Positions 28,777 to 37,534 of a stretch of 52,551 nt of DNA are shown here, piece by piece. The notes below the pieces were generated by a model. The model saw only the letters and a program-made list of their open reading frames with translations, was not told the DNA's origin and did no database searches. This DNA comes from Chloroflexota bacterium (lineage in GTDB: Bacteria; Chloroflexota; Limnocylindria; Limnocylindrales; CSP1-4), in assembly GCA_031362295.1 (NCBI GenBank), contig JANLSG010000018.1:1-52551 (forward strand), written 5' to 3'. Within the stretch, counting starts at the first letter, position 1; each line of letters opens with the position of its first letter. Position numbers and translations under genes: made by a program.

Positions 28777-29075
28777 GCCGTCACGCGGCGTGGCTCTCGC
28801 GACGTCGGGCCACGCCTCGTTCTGCCCAGACCTCGTCGTATCGCCGCATGCCTGCGCCCGATCAGGTGCTCGCGGCTCTCCAAAGGTCGCCGGCGACCGT
28901 GTCGACGTCGTGCTTGGCGTTCGCCATGCCGGGATTCTGGAAGCACGGCGCCACGGATCTGTAGCCCTCCCGAACCAGGCCCGCGTGGCCGTGCGCTCCA
29001 GACGACCAATCTGGTCATCTACGGCGTATGGCTGAGCGCAGGGCATTCCGGTTCAAAGTGCGTTGCGGCGAGTTG

Positions 29076-30359
29076 TCAGAACCCCGCGCTGTCGAGGACC
29101 TGCTGGCCGAGTTCGTACAGGTTCTCGAGCTCCTGGACGGAGGGTGTCTGCGTCCACTCCGTGCTCAGCACGATCGTCACCCCCTGGTCGCCGACGCCGA
29201 TCGAGATGAGCCGGAACCGCTCGCCGGACGATGCGCTCCACACCTCATCGCCGGCATTGAAGATCGCTGCTTCCCCGCCGACCAGCCCGCCACACGCGGC
29301 AAGGACTCCGTCCGCGACGGCGATGTCCACCTGTTGACCCAGGAGGCCACCGACCTGCACCGGCTTGTGATTGGTGATCTCCAGGTGGTCGAGTGCCTCG
29401 AGCTGTACGAGCACCTCCGCCGCACCCAGCCCGGTTTGCGCGCCCTCGCCGCTGTCATTGCACGGGTTCGCGATTACTTCCTGGATGCGCAGGAACTGGA
29501 TGCCGCCACGGGGCGCAACGTCGCGGACGAGGCTGAGCACATCGGCCCGGTCGCGATTGGCCGTCCAGCCCAGCTCCACGATGTCGAAGGTCATCGGTGG
29601 CTGGAACTTCGCCGTCGCGTATGTCCCGATCGGCAACGGTCCGATGACCACGGGCTGTGCCACCGGCGTGGCGGCGGCCGATGGAGCGGCGGATGCCGAT
29701 GGGCTGGGGCTCTTGTTCGCGAGCAGCTGCGATCCCGCGAAGACGGCGATCGCGATCACGATCACGACGGCAGCGCCCATCACGACGGAGCGCGGAACGG
29801 CGCGCGCGGCCCTCGCGTTGATGTCGCGGGTGACCGCGTAGACGAGGATCGGGTCGTGAATTCCCTTCAGGCGTTTCTGGCCCCGGGGGATGAACCCGAC
29901 CGTGATGCTCGCCTGTGTGATGCCCTTCACCGTCGAGCTGACGAGCACCTCGCCGGGCTGGGCGGCAGCGCACAGGCGGGCCGCGATGTTGACCGCCCTG
30001 CCGATGTAGCCCTCGGCCGTCTCGACCGCCTCGCCGGCATGGATCCCGACGCCAAGGCCGAGCGGCCGCTCGGGTTCCCGCGCGTTCCGTTCCGCGGCGG
30101 CCTCGACGATCTCCAGCCCGCACAGGACGGCGCTGGACGCAGAGGGAAAGACGGCGTGGATCGCATCGCCCTCCGTCGTGACCTCGTCGCCGTCGTGGCG
30201 AACGATCGCCGCGCGTGCGATCTCGAGGAAGCGGCCGACCATCGCGGCCGCGGCGGAGTTTCCATGCCGCTCACCGAACGCGGTGAAGCCGCGCATATCA
30301 GAGAACAGGAACCCCCGATAGGCGATTGCTCCGGCATCGACACGGGCGCTGTCGGTCAT
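29076..30359 (-). CDS. membrane-anchored class III adenylate/guanylate cyclase (N-terminal cyclase, one TM helix, C-terminal extracytoplasmic domain)
   Basis: FSDMRGFTAF, EGDAIHAVF, GIHAGEAV and GRAVNIAARL, then TM helix VVMGAAVVIVIAIAVFAG and a ~190-aa uncharacterised domain. Confidence 0.8.
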   Translation of the reverse strand: MTDSARVDAGAIAYRGFLFSDMRGFTAFGERHGNSAAAAMVGRFLEIARAAIVRHDGDEVTTEGDAIHAVFPSASSAVLCGLEIVEAAAERNAREPERPLGLGVGIHAGEAVETAEGYIGRAVNIAARLCAAAQPGEVLVSSTVKGITQASITVGFIPRGQKRLKGIHDPILVYAVTRDINARAARAVPRSVVMGAAVVIVIAIAVFAGSQLLANKSPSPSASAAPSAAATPVAQPVVIGPLPIGTYATAKFQPPMTFDIVELGWTANRDRADVLSLVRDVAPRGGIQFLRIQEVIANPCNDSGEGAQTGLGAAEVLVQLEALDHLEITNHKPVQVGGLLGQQVDIAVADGVLAACGGLVGGEAAIFNAGDEVWSASSGERFRLISIGVGDQGVTIVLSTEWTQTPSVQELENLYELGQQVLDSAGF

Positions 30360-30369
30360 GTGCGGCCGG

Positions 30370-30858
30370 TCAGACGAAGGGAGCGTGGGACTCGCCGCGC
30401 TCGTTCAGGCGCAGGTCCAGCGCCTGCGCCAGCGCCTCGAAACGGAGGCCGTAGTCGTAAACGTTCGCGTGCACGCGGTAGCCGCGGATGAGCGGGCCCA
30501 CCTTCGCCCACATCAGCAGCAGGGAGCCGGCGAAGAGGTCGTCGAGGAGGCTGAGCGAGGCGACGCCGCGCTTGTAGAAGACACCCATCATCTCGAAGAA
30601 GGTGGTGACCTGGTCCAGGTCGGTCCAGTCCTCGAGGGTCGCGCCGGCGAGGAAGTCCGCGAAGGTCGTGTACTCCCAGTTGTGGACCCGCCAGTACGCG
30701 CGGGTCAGGTTCTCCTCGAGGAAGGGCATGTAGGCGCGCATGACGTGCTCGGTCTGTCGCTGCGAGCGCAATGCCCGCAGCTGCAGGAACCCGACGACGA
30801 CGCCGGTCACGATCGCGACGCTGGCCAGCGCGCTCAGGACATCGCGGAACTCCTGCAT
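30370..30858 (-). CDS. hypothetical N-terminally anchored membrane protein, possibly DUF4760-like
   Basis: One TM helix (ALASVAIVTGVVVGFLQL), then a helical domain (FFEMMGVFYKRG...WAKVGPLIRGYR). The family assignment is from memory only. Lies 10 nt upstream of the cyclase gene. Confidence 0.35.
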   Translation of the reverse strand: MQEFRDVLSALASVAIVTGVVVGFLQLRALRSQRQTEHVMRAYMPFLEENLTRAYWRVHNWEYTTFADFLAGATLEDWTDLDQVTTFFEMMGVFYKRGVASLSLLDDLFAGSLLLMWAKVGPLIRGYRVHANVYDYGLRFEALAQALDLRLNERGESHAPFV

Positions 30859-30920
30859 CGGGCGATGGTAGCGGTCGATCCGGCCATGCTCGCGACCATC
30901 TGAACGGCGATGATGACGCA

Positions 30921-32003
30921 GTGAGCAGCCGCGTTCCGGAGGTCATCGAGCAGGCGATCTCGGCCGGTGAGTACGTCGGCGCCGCCGTCGGTGTCGCAGT
31001 CGATGGCCGCGTTATCGTCGAGCACTATGCCGGCGAGGCCACGCCCGGGACGCCATCCTCGCCCGAGACGATCTGGCCCCTCGCGTCGATCTCGAAGTGC
31101 TTCACCGCCGCGATGGTGATGAGCCTCGTCGAACGTGGCGACCTGTCGCTGGAGACGCGGGTCCACGACCTCCTGCCCCGGTTCCGCGATGACGGCCGGG
31201 AGGAGATCCGCGTTCGCCACCTGCTCGGGCACACGTCCGGCCTCCGGTACGAGTCACCAGAGCTTGACGAGCTGCTCCTCGCCCAGTCACCGCTCGCGGC
31301 GATCATCGAGGACGCGATCACCGCGCCACCGCTGTTCCCGGCGGGCGAGCGGTTCCACTACAGCGACGACGCCTACCTGCTCGCGGGCCACCTCGCCCAG
31401 GTCGTGACGGGCGAGCGGTATGCCGACCTCGTGCAGTCACTCGTCGTCGAAGGCATGAACCTGGGCGCCACGTGGGTCATGCCGCCCCTCGCGGCCCACG
31501 GTCGAATCGCGAAGGTTCGTGGCGTCCTCGCCGAAGGAACGGACGGCGCGATGTACAACTCGGAGTACGGGCTGGCACTCGGCCATCCCGCGTTCGGCGT
31601 GGTGAGCAGCCTCCGGGACGTGCTCCGCTTCGCCGCACATTTCGCGCCCGGTGGGCCGCGCATCCATCGCGTCGCGACGGTTTCGCTCCTGACGGAGCCG
31701 CAGCCGGACCTGCGCGGCCACCATCCGCTCTGGCCGGAGCTCGGCGACGATGCCGAGATCGGCTGGGGCCTGACCTTCGAGGTCCAGATCGAGGCAGGCC
31801 CGGCGAGCCTCTCGCGCCACGTCGCACCGGGCGCCTTCGGGCACCCGGGCGCGTCCGGTTGCCGCGTGGTCGTGGATCCGGCTTCCCGGACCACCGTGGT
31901 CGTGCTCACGAACACGCACCTCGGGACCGGACTCGTCCCCTGGCGCACGAGGCTGGACGCCCTCGTCGATGCCGCCTTCGAGGACGCGAGAGCGCTCGCC
32001 TAG
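30921..32003 (+). CDS. serine hydrolase (beta-lactamase/PBP4*-like family)
   Basis: SxxK motif ASISKCF, downstream HYSDDAY and HPGASG. GTG start chosen to avoid overlapping the divergent gene. Confidence 0.75.
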   Translation: MSSRVPEVIEQAISAGEYVGAAVGVAVDGRVIVEHYAGEATPGTPSSPETIWPLASISKCFTAAMVMSLVERGDLSLETRVHDLLPRFRDDGREEIRVRHLLGHTSGLRYESPELDELLLAQSPLAAIIEDAITAPPLFPAGERFHYSDDAYLLAGHLAQVVTGERYADLVQSLVVEGMNLGATWVMPPLAAHGRIAKVRGVLAEGTDGAMYNSEYGLALGHPAFGVVSSLRDVLRFAAHFAPGGPRIHRVATVSLLTEPQPDLRGHHPLWPELGDDAEIGWGLTFEVQIEAGPASLSRHVAPGAFGHPGASGCRVVVDPASRTTVVVLTNTHLGTGLVPWRTRLDALVDAAFEDARALA

Positions 32004-32133
32004 AACCACCCTTGCGAACGGTTCCGCGCCCGCCTACGATCCGCAGGCTTCTCGACAGGCCTGCCTGACCGAGGCCCCCAGCACTCCCACCTGAGCGACG
32101 GCATGGCCGGTCCGTGTCGCGGGAGGTGAAGGC

Positions 32134-33489
32134 ATGACCACTCAGGCGACGGCCGACCTCCTGACCGAGGTCCAGGCGCTGATCCGTGAGCGCGAGCGCG
32201 ACGGCGTCCTCGGCATGGCCGAGGTGATCGGGCCTGCAGAGTGGGCGGACCTCGTTCCCCAGCTGGAGCCCAGCGAGGTCGCGGTCCTCATCCAGTGGCT
32301 GCCGGACGACGAGATCGCAGCGATCCTCGAGGAGCTGCCACCCGTCGAGGCGGCGCGGATCCTTCGCTCGCTGTCCGCGAACGAGGCCGGCCAGCTCCTG
32401 GGCACGATGGACCCGGACGACGCCGCGGACGTCGTGGAGCTGCTCCCGCCCGCTGCGGCGGACGAGATCCTGGTCCGCATGTCCCCGGAGGAGGCGGCGG
32501 AGATCCGCGAGCTCGGCCAGTACGAGCCGGACACCGCCGGCGGGATCATGACGCCCGCCTACGTGGCGGTCTCGCGGGAGGCGACGTCCGCGCAGGCGAT
32601 CGCGGCGATCCGCCGGCTCGTGGATGAGGCGGAGACCGTCAACTACGTCTACGTCGTGGATCCGGAGCGCCACCTGCTCGGGGTCCTGTCGCTGTACCGG
32701 CTCCTGCTGAGCCCGGATGACACGCCCGTCGAGAAGCTCATGGCGCCGTCGACCGTTCGAGTCCGCGCCTCCGCGGACCAGGAAACAGCGGCGCGCCTGC
32801 TCACGGACCGCAACCTCCTAGCCATCCCCGTCGTGGACGACGACGACCACCTCGTCGGGATCATCACCGAGGACGACATCGCGGACGTCATCGAGGCCGA
32901 GGCGACCGAGGACATCGAGCGGCTGGGCGGTTCGCAGCCGTTGAACCTGCCATACCGGTTGGCGACGGTCCCGCTCCTTGTGCGCAAGCGCGTCGGCTGG
33001 CTGATGCTCCTGTTCATCGCGCAGGGCTACACGGGCACGGTGCTCAAGAACTTCGAGGGCGAGCTCGCCGCGGTCGTCTCACTGAGCTTCTTCATCCCGC
33101 TGCTGATCGGCACCGGTGGCAACGTCGGCAGCCAGACCGTGACGCTCGTGGTCCGTGCGATGGCGCTCGGCGAGGTCTCCATGCGCGACATCTCGTGGCT
33201 GGTGTTCAAGGAGTTGCGCGTCGGTCTGGTGATGGGCCTCGTGATGGGCGTCGCCGCGATCGGCCAGGCGTGGTTCCTGGGCGTATCCGCGGACATCGCC
33301 ACCGCCGTCTCGATCGCAGTCGTCGCGATCTGCGTCTGGGCCGCCACCGTCGCCGCAGCGCTGCCGCTGGTGCTCCGGCGCGCGGGCGTGGACCCTGCGG
33401 TCGTGTCCGCCCCGCTGATCTCCACCCTCGTCGACGGCACCGGCCTGATCATCTACTTCGAGATCGCGCGGCTCGTCCTCGGCCTCTAG
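32134..33489 (+). CDS. mgtE: magnesium transporter MgtE
   Basis: MgtE N-domain, tandem CBS region and a C-terminal TM domain with GTGGNVGSQ. Confidence 0.9.
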   Translation: MTTQATADLLTEVQALIRERERDGVLGMAEVIGPAEWADLVPQLEPSEVAVLIQWLPDDEIAAILEELPPVEAARILRSLSANEAGQLLGTMDPDDAADVVELLPPAAADEILVRMSPEEAAEIRELGQYEPDTAGGIMTPAYVAVSREATSAQAIAAIRRLVDEAETVNYVYVVDPERHLLGVLSLYRLLLSPDDTPVEKLMAPSTVRVRASADQETAARLLTDRNLLAIPVVDDDDHLVGIITEDDIADVIEAEATEDIERLGGSQPLNLPYRLATVPLLVRKRVGWLMLLFIAQGYTGTVLKNFEGELAAVVSLSFFIPLLIGTGGNVGSQTVTLVVRAMALGEVSMRDISWLVFKELRVGLVMGLVMGVAAIGQAWFLGVSADIATAVSIAVVAICVWAATVAAALPLVLRRAGVDPAVVSAPLISTLVDGTGLIIYFEIARLVLGL

Positions 33490-33505
33490 CGTCGCGCATT
33501 GCCGG

Positions 33506-34651
33506 TCAGAGCCAGCCGCGCCTCCGGAAGATGAACCACAGCCCGACACTGACGACCGCCATCAGGAACAGGGCGAACGCGTAGCCGTAGGCCCAGTGCG
33601 TCTCCGGCATGTCGAAGTTCATGCCGTAGACCGTGCCGATGAGCGTCGGGGCGAAGATGATTGCCGCCCACGAGGAGATCCGCTTGACCTCCTCGTTCTG
33701 CCGGTAGCTCGCCTCGGTCAGGCGCTTGACCTCCTCGTTCTGGGCCTGGTTCACGAGCGTCGCGTTGACCGCGAGGATGTCCGTGAGGCTCTGGCGGAAG
33801 CCGACGACGCGCTCGGTCACGGTCGTGGCGTGGTCCGCGACGTCGCGCAGGTACTTCTGGAGCTCCTCGTCCGTTCCGTACTTCTCGAAGCCCGCAACCA
33901 GCCCCTCGAGCATCGCGTGCAGCGGCCGCGTGGACCGCTGGAACTCGATTACCTCGCCGGACAGCTCGTAGATCCGCCGGGAGACGGTGGGGTCGCCGCG
34001 GAAGACCTGGACCTCGATCTCCTCGATGTCCTTCTGGAGTCCGGCGACGACGGGCGCGTAGCCATCGACGACGCTGTCCATGATCGCGTACAGCACGGCC
34101 TCCGGCCCCAGCGCCAGGAGCTCCGGATCGCCCTCCATCCGGTGGCGGACGCTGCCGAGGTCCGGCGTCCGGCTATGCCGGACGGTGACGACGAAGTTGG
34201 GCCCCAGGAAGACGTGGATCTCGCCGAATTCCACCTCCTCGACGTCGTCGAGGTACGTCGCGGCCCGGAGGACCACGAACAGCATGTCGCCGTAGCGCTC
34301 CAGCTTCGGCCGCTGGTGGGCGACGATGGCGTCCTCGACGGCGACCTCGTGGAGGCCGAACTCCTCGGCGACCGGGCGAAGCTGCGATTCGGTCGGCCGG
34401 AACAGCCCGATCCAGGCCATGCCGCCAGGCGTGTCGTGCAGGAGCTTGGACATCTCGACGACGGTGGTGGGCGAGTGGCTGCGCACGCCGGCGACGTAGA
34501 TGGCCGCGTCGACGACGCTCCGCTCGACCGGCGTCGCCACGTCCTCCGGGCGCGCCTCCATGGACACCTCGGGCGCCGGCGCGGTCGTCGCCGGGCGGGT
34601 GGGGCTGGTCTTGCGGCTCGGCAGCCCGAAGCGGGGTCGTCGTTCGGTCAT
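33506..34651 (-). CDS. corA: CorA-family Mg2+/Co2+ transporter
   Basis: C-terminal YGMNF motif followed by two TM helices. ATG at 34651 (MTERRP). The longer ORF-track extension overlaps the upstream gene. Confidence 0.9.
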   Translation of the reverse strand: MTERRPRFGLPSRKTSPTRPATTAPAPEVSMEARPEDVATPVERSVVDAAIYVAGVRSHSPTTVVEMSKLLHDTPGGMAWIGLFRPTESQLRPVAEEFGLHEVAVEDAIVAHQRPKLERYGDMLFVVLRAATYLDDVEEVEFGEIHVFLGPNFVVTVRHSRTPDLGSVRHRMEGDPELLALGPEAVLYAIMDSVVDGYAPVVAGLQKDIEEIEVQVFRGDPTVSRRIYELSGEVIEFQRSTRPLHAMLEGLVAGFEKYGTDEELQKYLRDVADHATTVTERVVGFRQSLTDILAVNATLVNQAQNEEVKRLTEASYRQNEEVKRISSWAAIIFAPTLIGTVYGMNFDMPETHWAYGYAFALFLMAVVSVGLWFIFRRRGWL

Positions 34652-34671
34652 GGCTCTTTTCGAGGATAGGC

Positions 34672-35136
34672 CTACGCGCTGATCGGATCGATCGCGAAGA
34701 AGACACCGACGGCGCGGATGTGTGCTCGGGCAAGTCGATACAGCAGGTTTGCCGGAAACGGGTGCTGGCCCGTCGAGCTGATGGCGCGGTCCCGGAGCTC
34801 GCCCGGCTCCAGGCGCCGTGCCTTGACCGCCACGGGTGGCAGGCGCCGGAATGCGATGTCGGCCGTGCCGGCAGCCTCCAGGTTGCGCGTCCAGTTGACG
34901 TCGCCGTTCGGGTGCCCGAGGAACCACTGGTCCCCGTCCCGGAGCAGCGTCAGGAGGATCTTCCGGTAGGCGCCGGTCCGGCGACCTGCGACTCGCAGCT
35001 CGACCACGTTGCGCAGTCCGACGCCGGATGCCTGCCACGACGGATGGATCAGCGGGTCCAGGAACCCGATGAATCCGTACATGACCGGCAGGGCACGGCG
35101 CCAGAAACGCGATGCCCGGGGCGTGGGAAGTCCCAT
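34672..35136 (-). CDS. putative nitroreductase/deazaflavin-dependent oxidoreductase-family protein (DUF385-like)
   Basis: GRRTGAYRKILLTLLRDGDQWFLGHPNGDVNWTRNLEA resembles the split-barrel DUF385 core. Lies 20 nt upstream of corA. Confidence 0.45.
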   Translation of the reverse strand: MGLPTPRASRFWRRALPVMYGFIGFLDPLIHPSWQASGVGLRNVVELRVAGRRTGAYRKILLTLLRDGDQWFLGHPNGDVNWTRNLEAAGTADIAFRRLPPVAVKARRLEPGELRDRAISSTGQHPFPANLLYRLARAHIRAVGVFFAIDPISA

Positions 35137-35153
35137 TCCCCCAAGATACGCGC

Positions 35154-36149
35154 ATGACGTCCCAGGGCGGCCTCGCCCTCGCCACCCGCGGCCTGCGCAA
35201 GAGCTACGGCTCGCGCCTTGCCCTCGACGGCCTCGACCTGTCCGTCCCGAACGGCGTCGTGTACGGCTTCCTGGGGCCGAACGGGGCCGGCAAGACCACG
35301 ACGATGCGGCTGCTCACTGGCCTGCTCCATCCCGATGCGGGGACGATCGAGCTGCTCGGACAGCCGTTTCGACGCGGGGATCGGCGACGACTGTTCGAGG
35401 TCGGGGCGCTCGTCGAGTCGCCTTCCTTCTATCCGTACCTGAATGGTCGGCAGAACCTGCGCTCGCTCGCGGCGACGGGCGCGCCCGTGCCCGCCGGCCG
35501 GATCGAGGAGCTCCTGGAGCTCGTTGGGCTCCGCGACCGAGCGCGCGACAAGGTCGCCGGCTACTCGCTGGGCATGAAGCAGCGGCTCGGAATCGCCGGA
35601 GCGCTGCTCAGCGATCCGAAACTGCTCCTGCTGGATGAGCCCGCAAACGGCCTGGACCCGGCGGGAATCGTGGCCATGCGCGAGACGCTGCGCAGGCTCG
35701 CCTCGACCGGCAAGACCGTGTTCGTGTCCAGCCACCTCCTCGCCGAGGTGCAGGTGCTCGCCGACGTGGTCGGGATCATCGCCCGCGGCAAGCTCGTCCG
35801 CGAGGGCACCCTCGACTCGCTGCTGAACGACCAGGGCGTCGTGCGCGTCCGGGTGCCCCGCGCGCAGGTTGCTACGGCGACCGCCACCCTCCAGGCGCTC
35901 GCTCCGGTGGAGGCGCGCGACCAAGGCGATGCCGAGGACCAGTGGCTGGCGGTGCACGTGGAGCCGTCGAGCGCAGGAGACGTGAACCGGCGACTCGCCG
36001 AAGCGGGCGTGTACGCCTCCGGCCTCGAATCCGGCACGGACCTGGAGTTGCTCTTCCTGGAGCTCACCGGCGGGAGCGAGGCGGCTTCCCATGAAGGCAC
36101 GTTCGGGAGCATCGGGACCCCAGGCGCAGACACGGGGGCAGCGGCGTGA
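35154..36149 (+). CDS. ABC transporter ATP-binding protein (ABC-2/DrrA-like exporter)
   Basis: Walker A GPNGAGKTT, signature YSLGMKQRL and Walker B LLLLDEP. Confidence 0.85.
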   Translation: MTSQGGLALATRGLRKSYGSRLALDGLDLSVPNGVVYGFLGPNGAGKTTTMRLLTGLLHPDAGTIELLGQPFRRGDRRRLFEVGALVESPSFYPYLNGRQNLRSLAATGAPVPAGRIEELLELVGLRDRARDKVAGYSLGMKQRLGIAGALLSDPKLLLLDEPANGLDPAGIVAMRETLRRLASTGKTVFVSSHLLAEVQVLADVVGIIARGKLVREGTLDSLLNDQGVVRVRVPRAQVATATATLQALAPVEARDQGDAEDQWLAVHVEPSSAGDVNRRLAEAGVYASGLESGTDLELLFLELTGGSEAASHEGTFGSIGTPGADTGAAA

Positions 36150-36955
36150 GGCTCTTCACCTCCGGCCTTCGCAAGCTGATCGGTCGGCCTGCGTCGTTCG
36201 TCTCGGTCGGGCTGCTCGTCGGACTGCTCGGGTTGATCATCCTCGCCTCAGCCACCGTGGGGCAGGGCGGCTCGGACCCGGGCGATGGGGTCGCAGCGCG
36301 CGCCCTGCTCACGTTCCCGGGCGCGTACACCTTCGTCCTGTCGTTCATGCTCGGGCTCGGCGGGCTCATCGCGGTCACATTCGCTGCCGCGATCGCAGGC
36401 TCCGAGTGGAGCTGGGGAACCCTCAAGAGCGCCGTCGCGCGCGGCGAGAGCCGGGCACGCTACATGCTGGTCACGTTCGCTGCGATCGCGGTGATGATCG
36501 GGCTCGGGCTCCTCATCACCTTCGTGCTCGGGGTGGCGCTGGTCTTCCTGGGCGCCACCATCGCGGGCATCTCGACGGCGGGCCTGACCGATGCCGACAC
36601 GCTGGCGCGGCTTCCGTCCATGGCGGCACGCGGCTGGTTCGCGGTCGTCGAGGAGGCAGCGCTGGGGTTCACGATCGCCACTTTGGCGCGCAGTCAGCTG
36701 GCCGGCATCGGCGCCGGGCTCGCGTTCTACTTCGGGGAGCTGTTCGCCACGGTGTTCCTGCCGGACATCGTCAAGTACATGCCGTTCGCGGTCGCAAATG
36801 CCTCGATCGACACGGGTGGCGGTGGATTCGGCGGCGGGGGCGGCGGCGCGCCCTCGCTCGCGCCGGACACGGCCCTCGTCCTGGTCGCCGTCTGGCTCGT
36901 CGGATCGCTGCTCGTGAGCGTGCTCTTCACCGAACGCGCCGAGATCACGGGGTAG
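36146..36955 (+). CDS. ABC-2 type transporter permease
   Basis: The GTG start overlaps the ATPase stop. Six hydrophobic segments. Confidence 0.6.
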   Translation: MRLFTSGLRKLIGRPASFVSVGLLVGLLGLIILASATVGQGGSDPGDGVAARALLTFPGAYTFVLSFMLGLGGLIAVTFAAAIAGSEWSWGTLKSAVARGESRARYMLVTFAAIAVMIGLGLLITFVLGVALVFLGATIAGISTAGLTDADTLARLPSMAARGWFAVVEEAALGFTIATLARSQLAGIGAGLAFYFGELFATVFLPDIVKYMPFAVANASIDTGGGGFGGGGGGAPSLAPDTALVLVAVWLVGSLLVSVLFTERAEITG

Positions 36956-37221
36956 ATCTGCCGGGACCTCGAGTGGAAACCAGCCATCCGGTCGGCCAGG
37001 CGGTTGGAACGCTGGCCGAGCGGTACGATGCCCGGGAGGTCGCCGAATTGGCGATCACGGCCTTTCCTTCGTCGTCTGGAACGCTGGGCGAGCGGCGCGA
37101 CGGAGGACTGGGCGTAGATGCGCGGGGGGACGGACTTCGTCGGTCGTACCGCTCTCTGGGCGTTCCAGGCAGGGCCGGGCAAGCACGTCGGGGGGGCTCG
37201 TCAGCAGGTAGCAACGAGCGG

Positions 37222-37260
37222 GGGAAAAAGTTCGGAGCGGCTCCCGAAGGAGCCGCTCCG
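37222..37260 (-). terminator. intrinsic terminator (12-bp stem, UUCG loop, U tract)
   Basis: Minus strand reads CGGAGCGGCUCC-UUCG-GGAGCCGCUCCG followed by AACUUUUUCCCC. Confidence 0.7.
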
Positions 37261-37500
37261 ATGCTGTCCCGGTGAAGGTATCCGCCGAAGCGGACGCTTC
37301 TGCCACGCGTCAAGGGCATCTATCACGTCGGCTGCACCGACTACCCTGACCCAACCTACCCATGACCTTGCCGCTGGGGCAGCTGACGCCGCGCGAACGC
37401 GGTGCGTCCACAGTCTAGTTGAAGGGCGCGCTGAATCCAAGGGTTTTCGTCACGTACTTTGTGAAAAACCCTTAACTCTTCGTGGCAGCGGCCCCGCGGA
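37261..37500 (-). ncRNA. candidate structured small RNA of unknown family
   Basis: No credible ORF. A long-range helix pairs 37481-37488 with 37300-37307. Also an A/U-rich 13-bp hairpin (37439-37473), two further UUCG-capped hairpins, and a G-tract run. It is followed by the terminator above, and the structures favour the minus strand. Confidence 0.4.
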
Positions 37501-37534
37501 GGCATGACGGGCGCATTGCAGACGCCCGCCGAAG

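Noticed and set aside
28777-29075. Possible gene remnant in the convergent spacer between the TolB-like gene and the cyclase gene
   Set aside because: Only short frames without motifs, for example ...VAPCFQNPGMANAKHDVDTVAGDLWRAAST. The evidence is insufficient to call a pseudogene.
26301-32003. Genomic island or integrative element at tRNA-Arg (and likewise at tRNA-Asp)
   Set aside because: No integrase, recombinase or transposase gene was found, and no direct repeat of either tRNA's 3' end. Accessory status remains only a weak inference.
32004-32133. M-box (ykoK) Mg2+ riboswitch upstream of mgtE
   Set aside because: The spacer is only 130 nt and lacks the conserved M-box blocks I can recall.
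34652-35200. N-terminal extension of the CorA ORF (track start 35200)
   Set aside because: The extension overlaps the DUF385-like gene in another frame and is Arg/Pro-rich. CorA homology begins after the ATG at 34651.
37005-37023. Sigma-54 promoter (TGGAAC...)
   Set aside because: It does not fit TGGCAC-N5-TTGCW, because no TTGC lies at the right spacing.
36973-37275. 101-aa GTG-initiated ORF in the spacer (ends GKKFGAAPEGAAPMLSR)
   Set aside because: The first third has decent third-position GC. However, the ORF runs through the terminator palindrome, has no SD or motif, and its 3' half is G/R-rich. It is kept only as an alternative explanation for the 19-nt repeats.
36956-37534. tmRNA, RNase P RNA, SRP RNA or c-di-AMP (ydaO) riboswitch as the identity of the structured spacer
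   Set aside because: There is no tRNA-like 3' end (GGTTCGA..CCACCA) or plausible ...AA-stop tag frame for tmRNA. There is no GAGGAAAGTCCGGGC or ACAGAAnnCGGCTTA for RNase P, and no GGAAGCAGCC for SRP. Only weak resemblance to ydaO blocks was seen, and no downstream gene is available to regulate.
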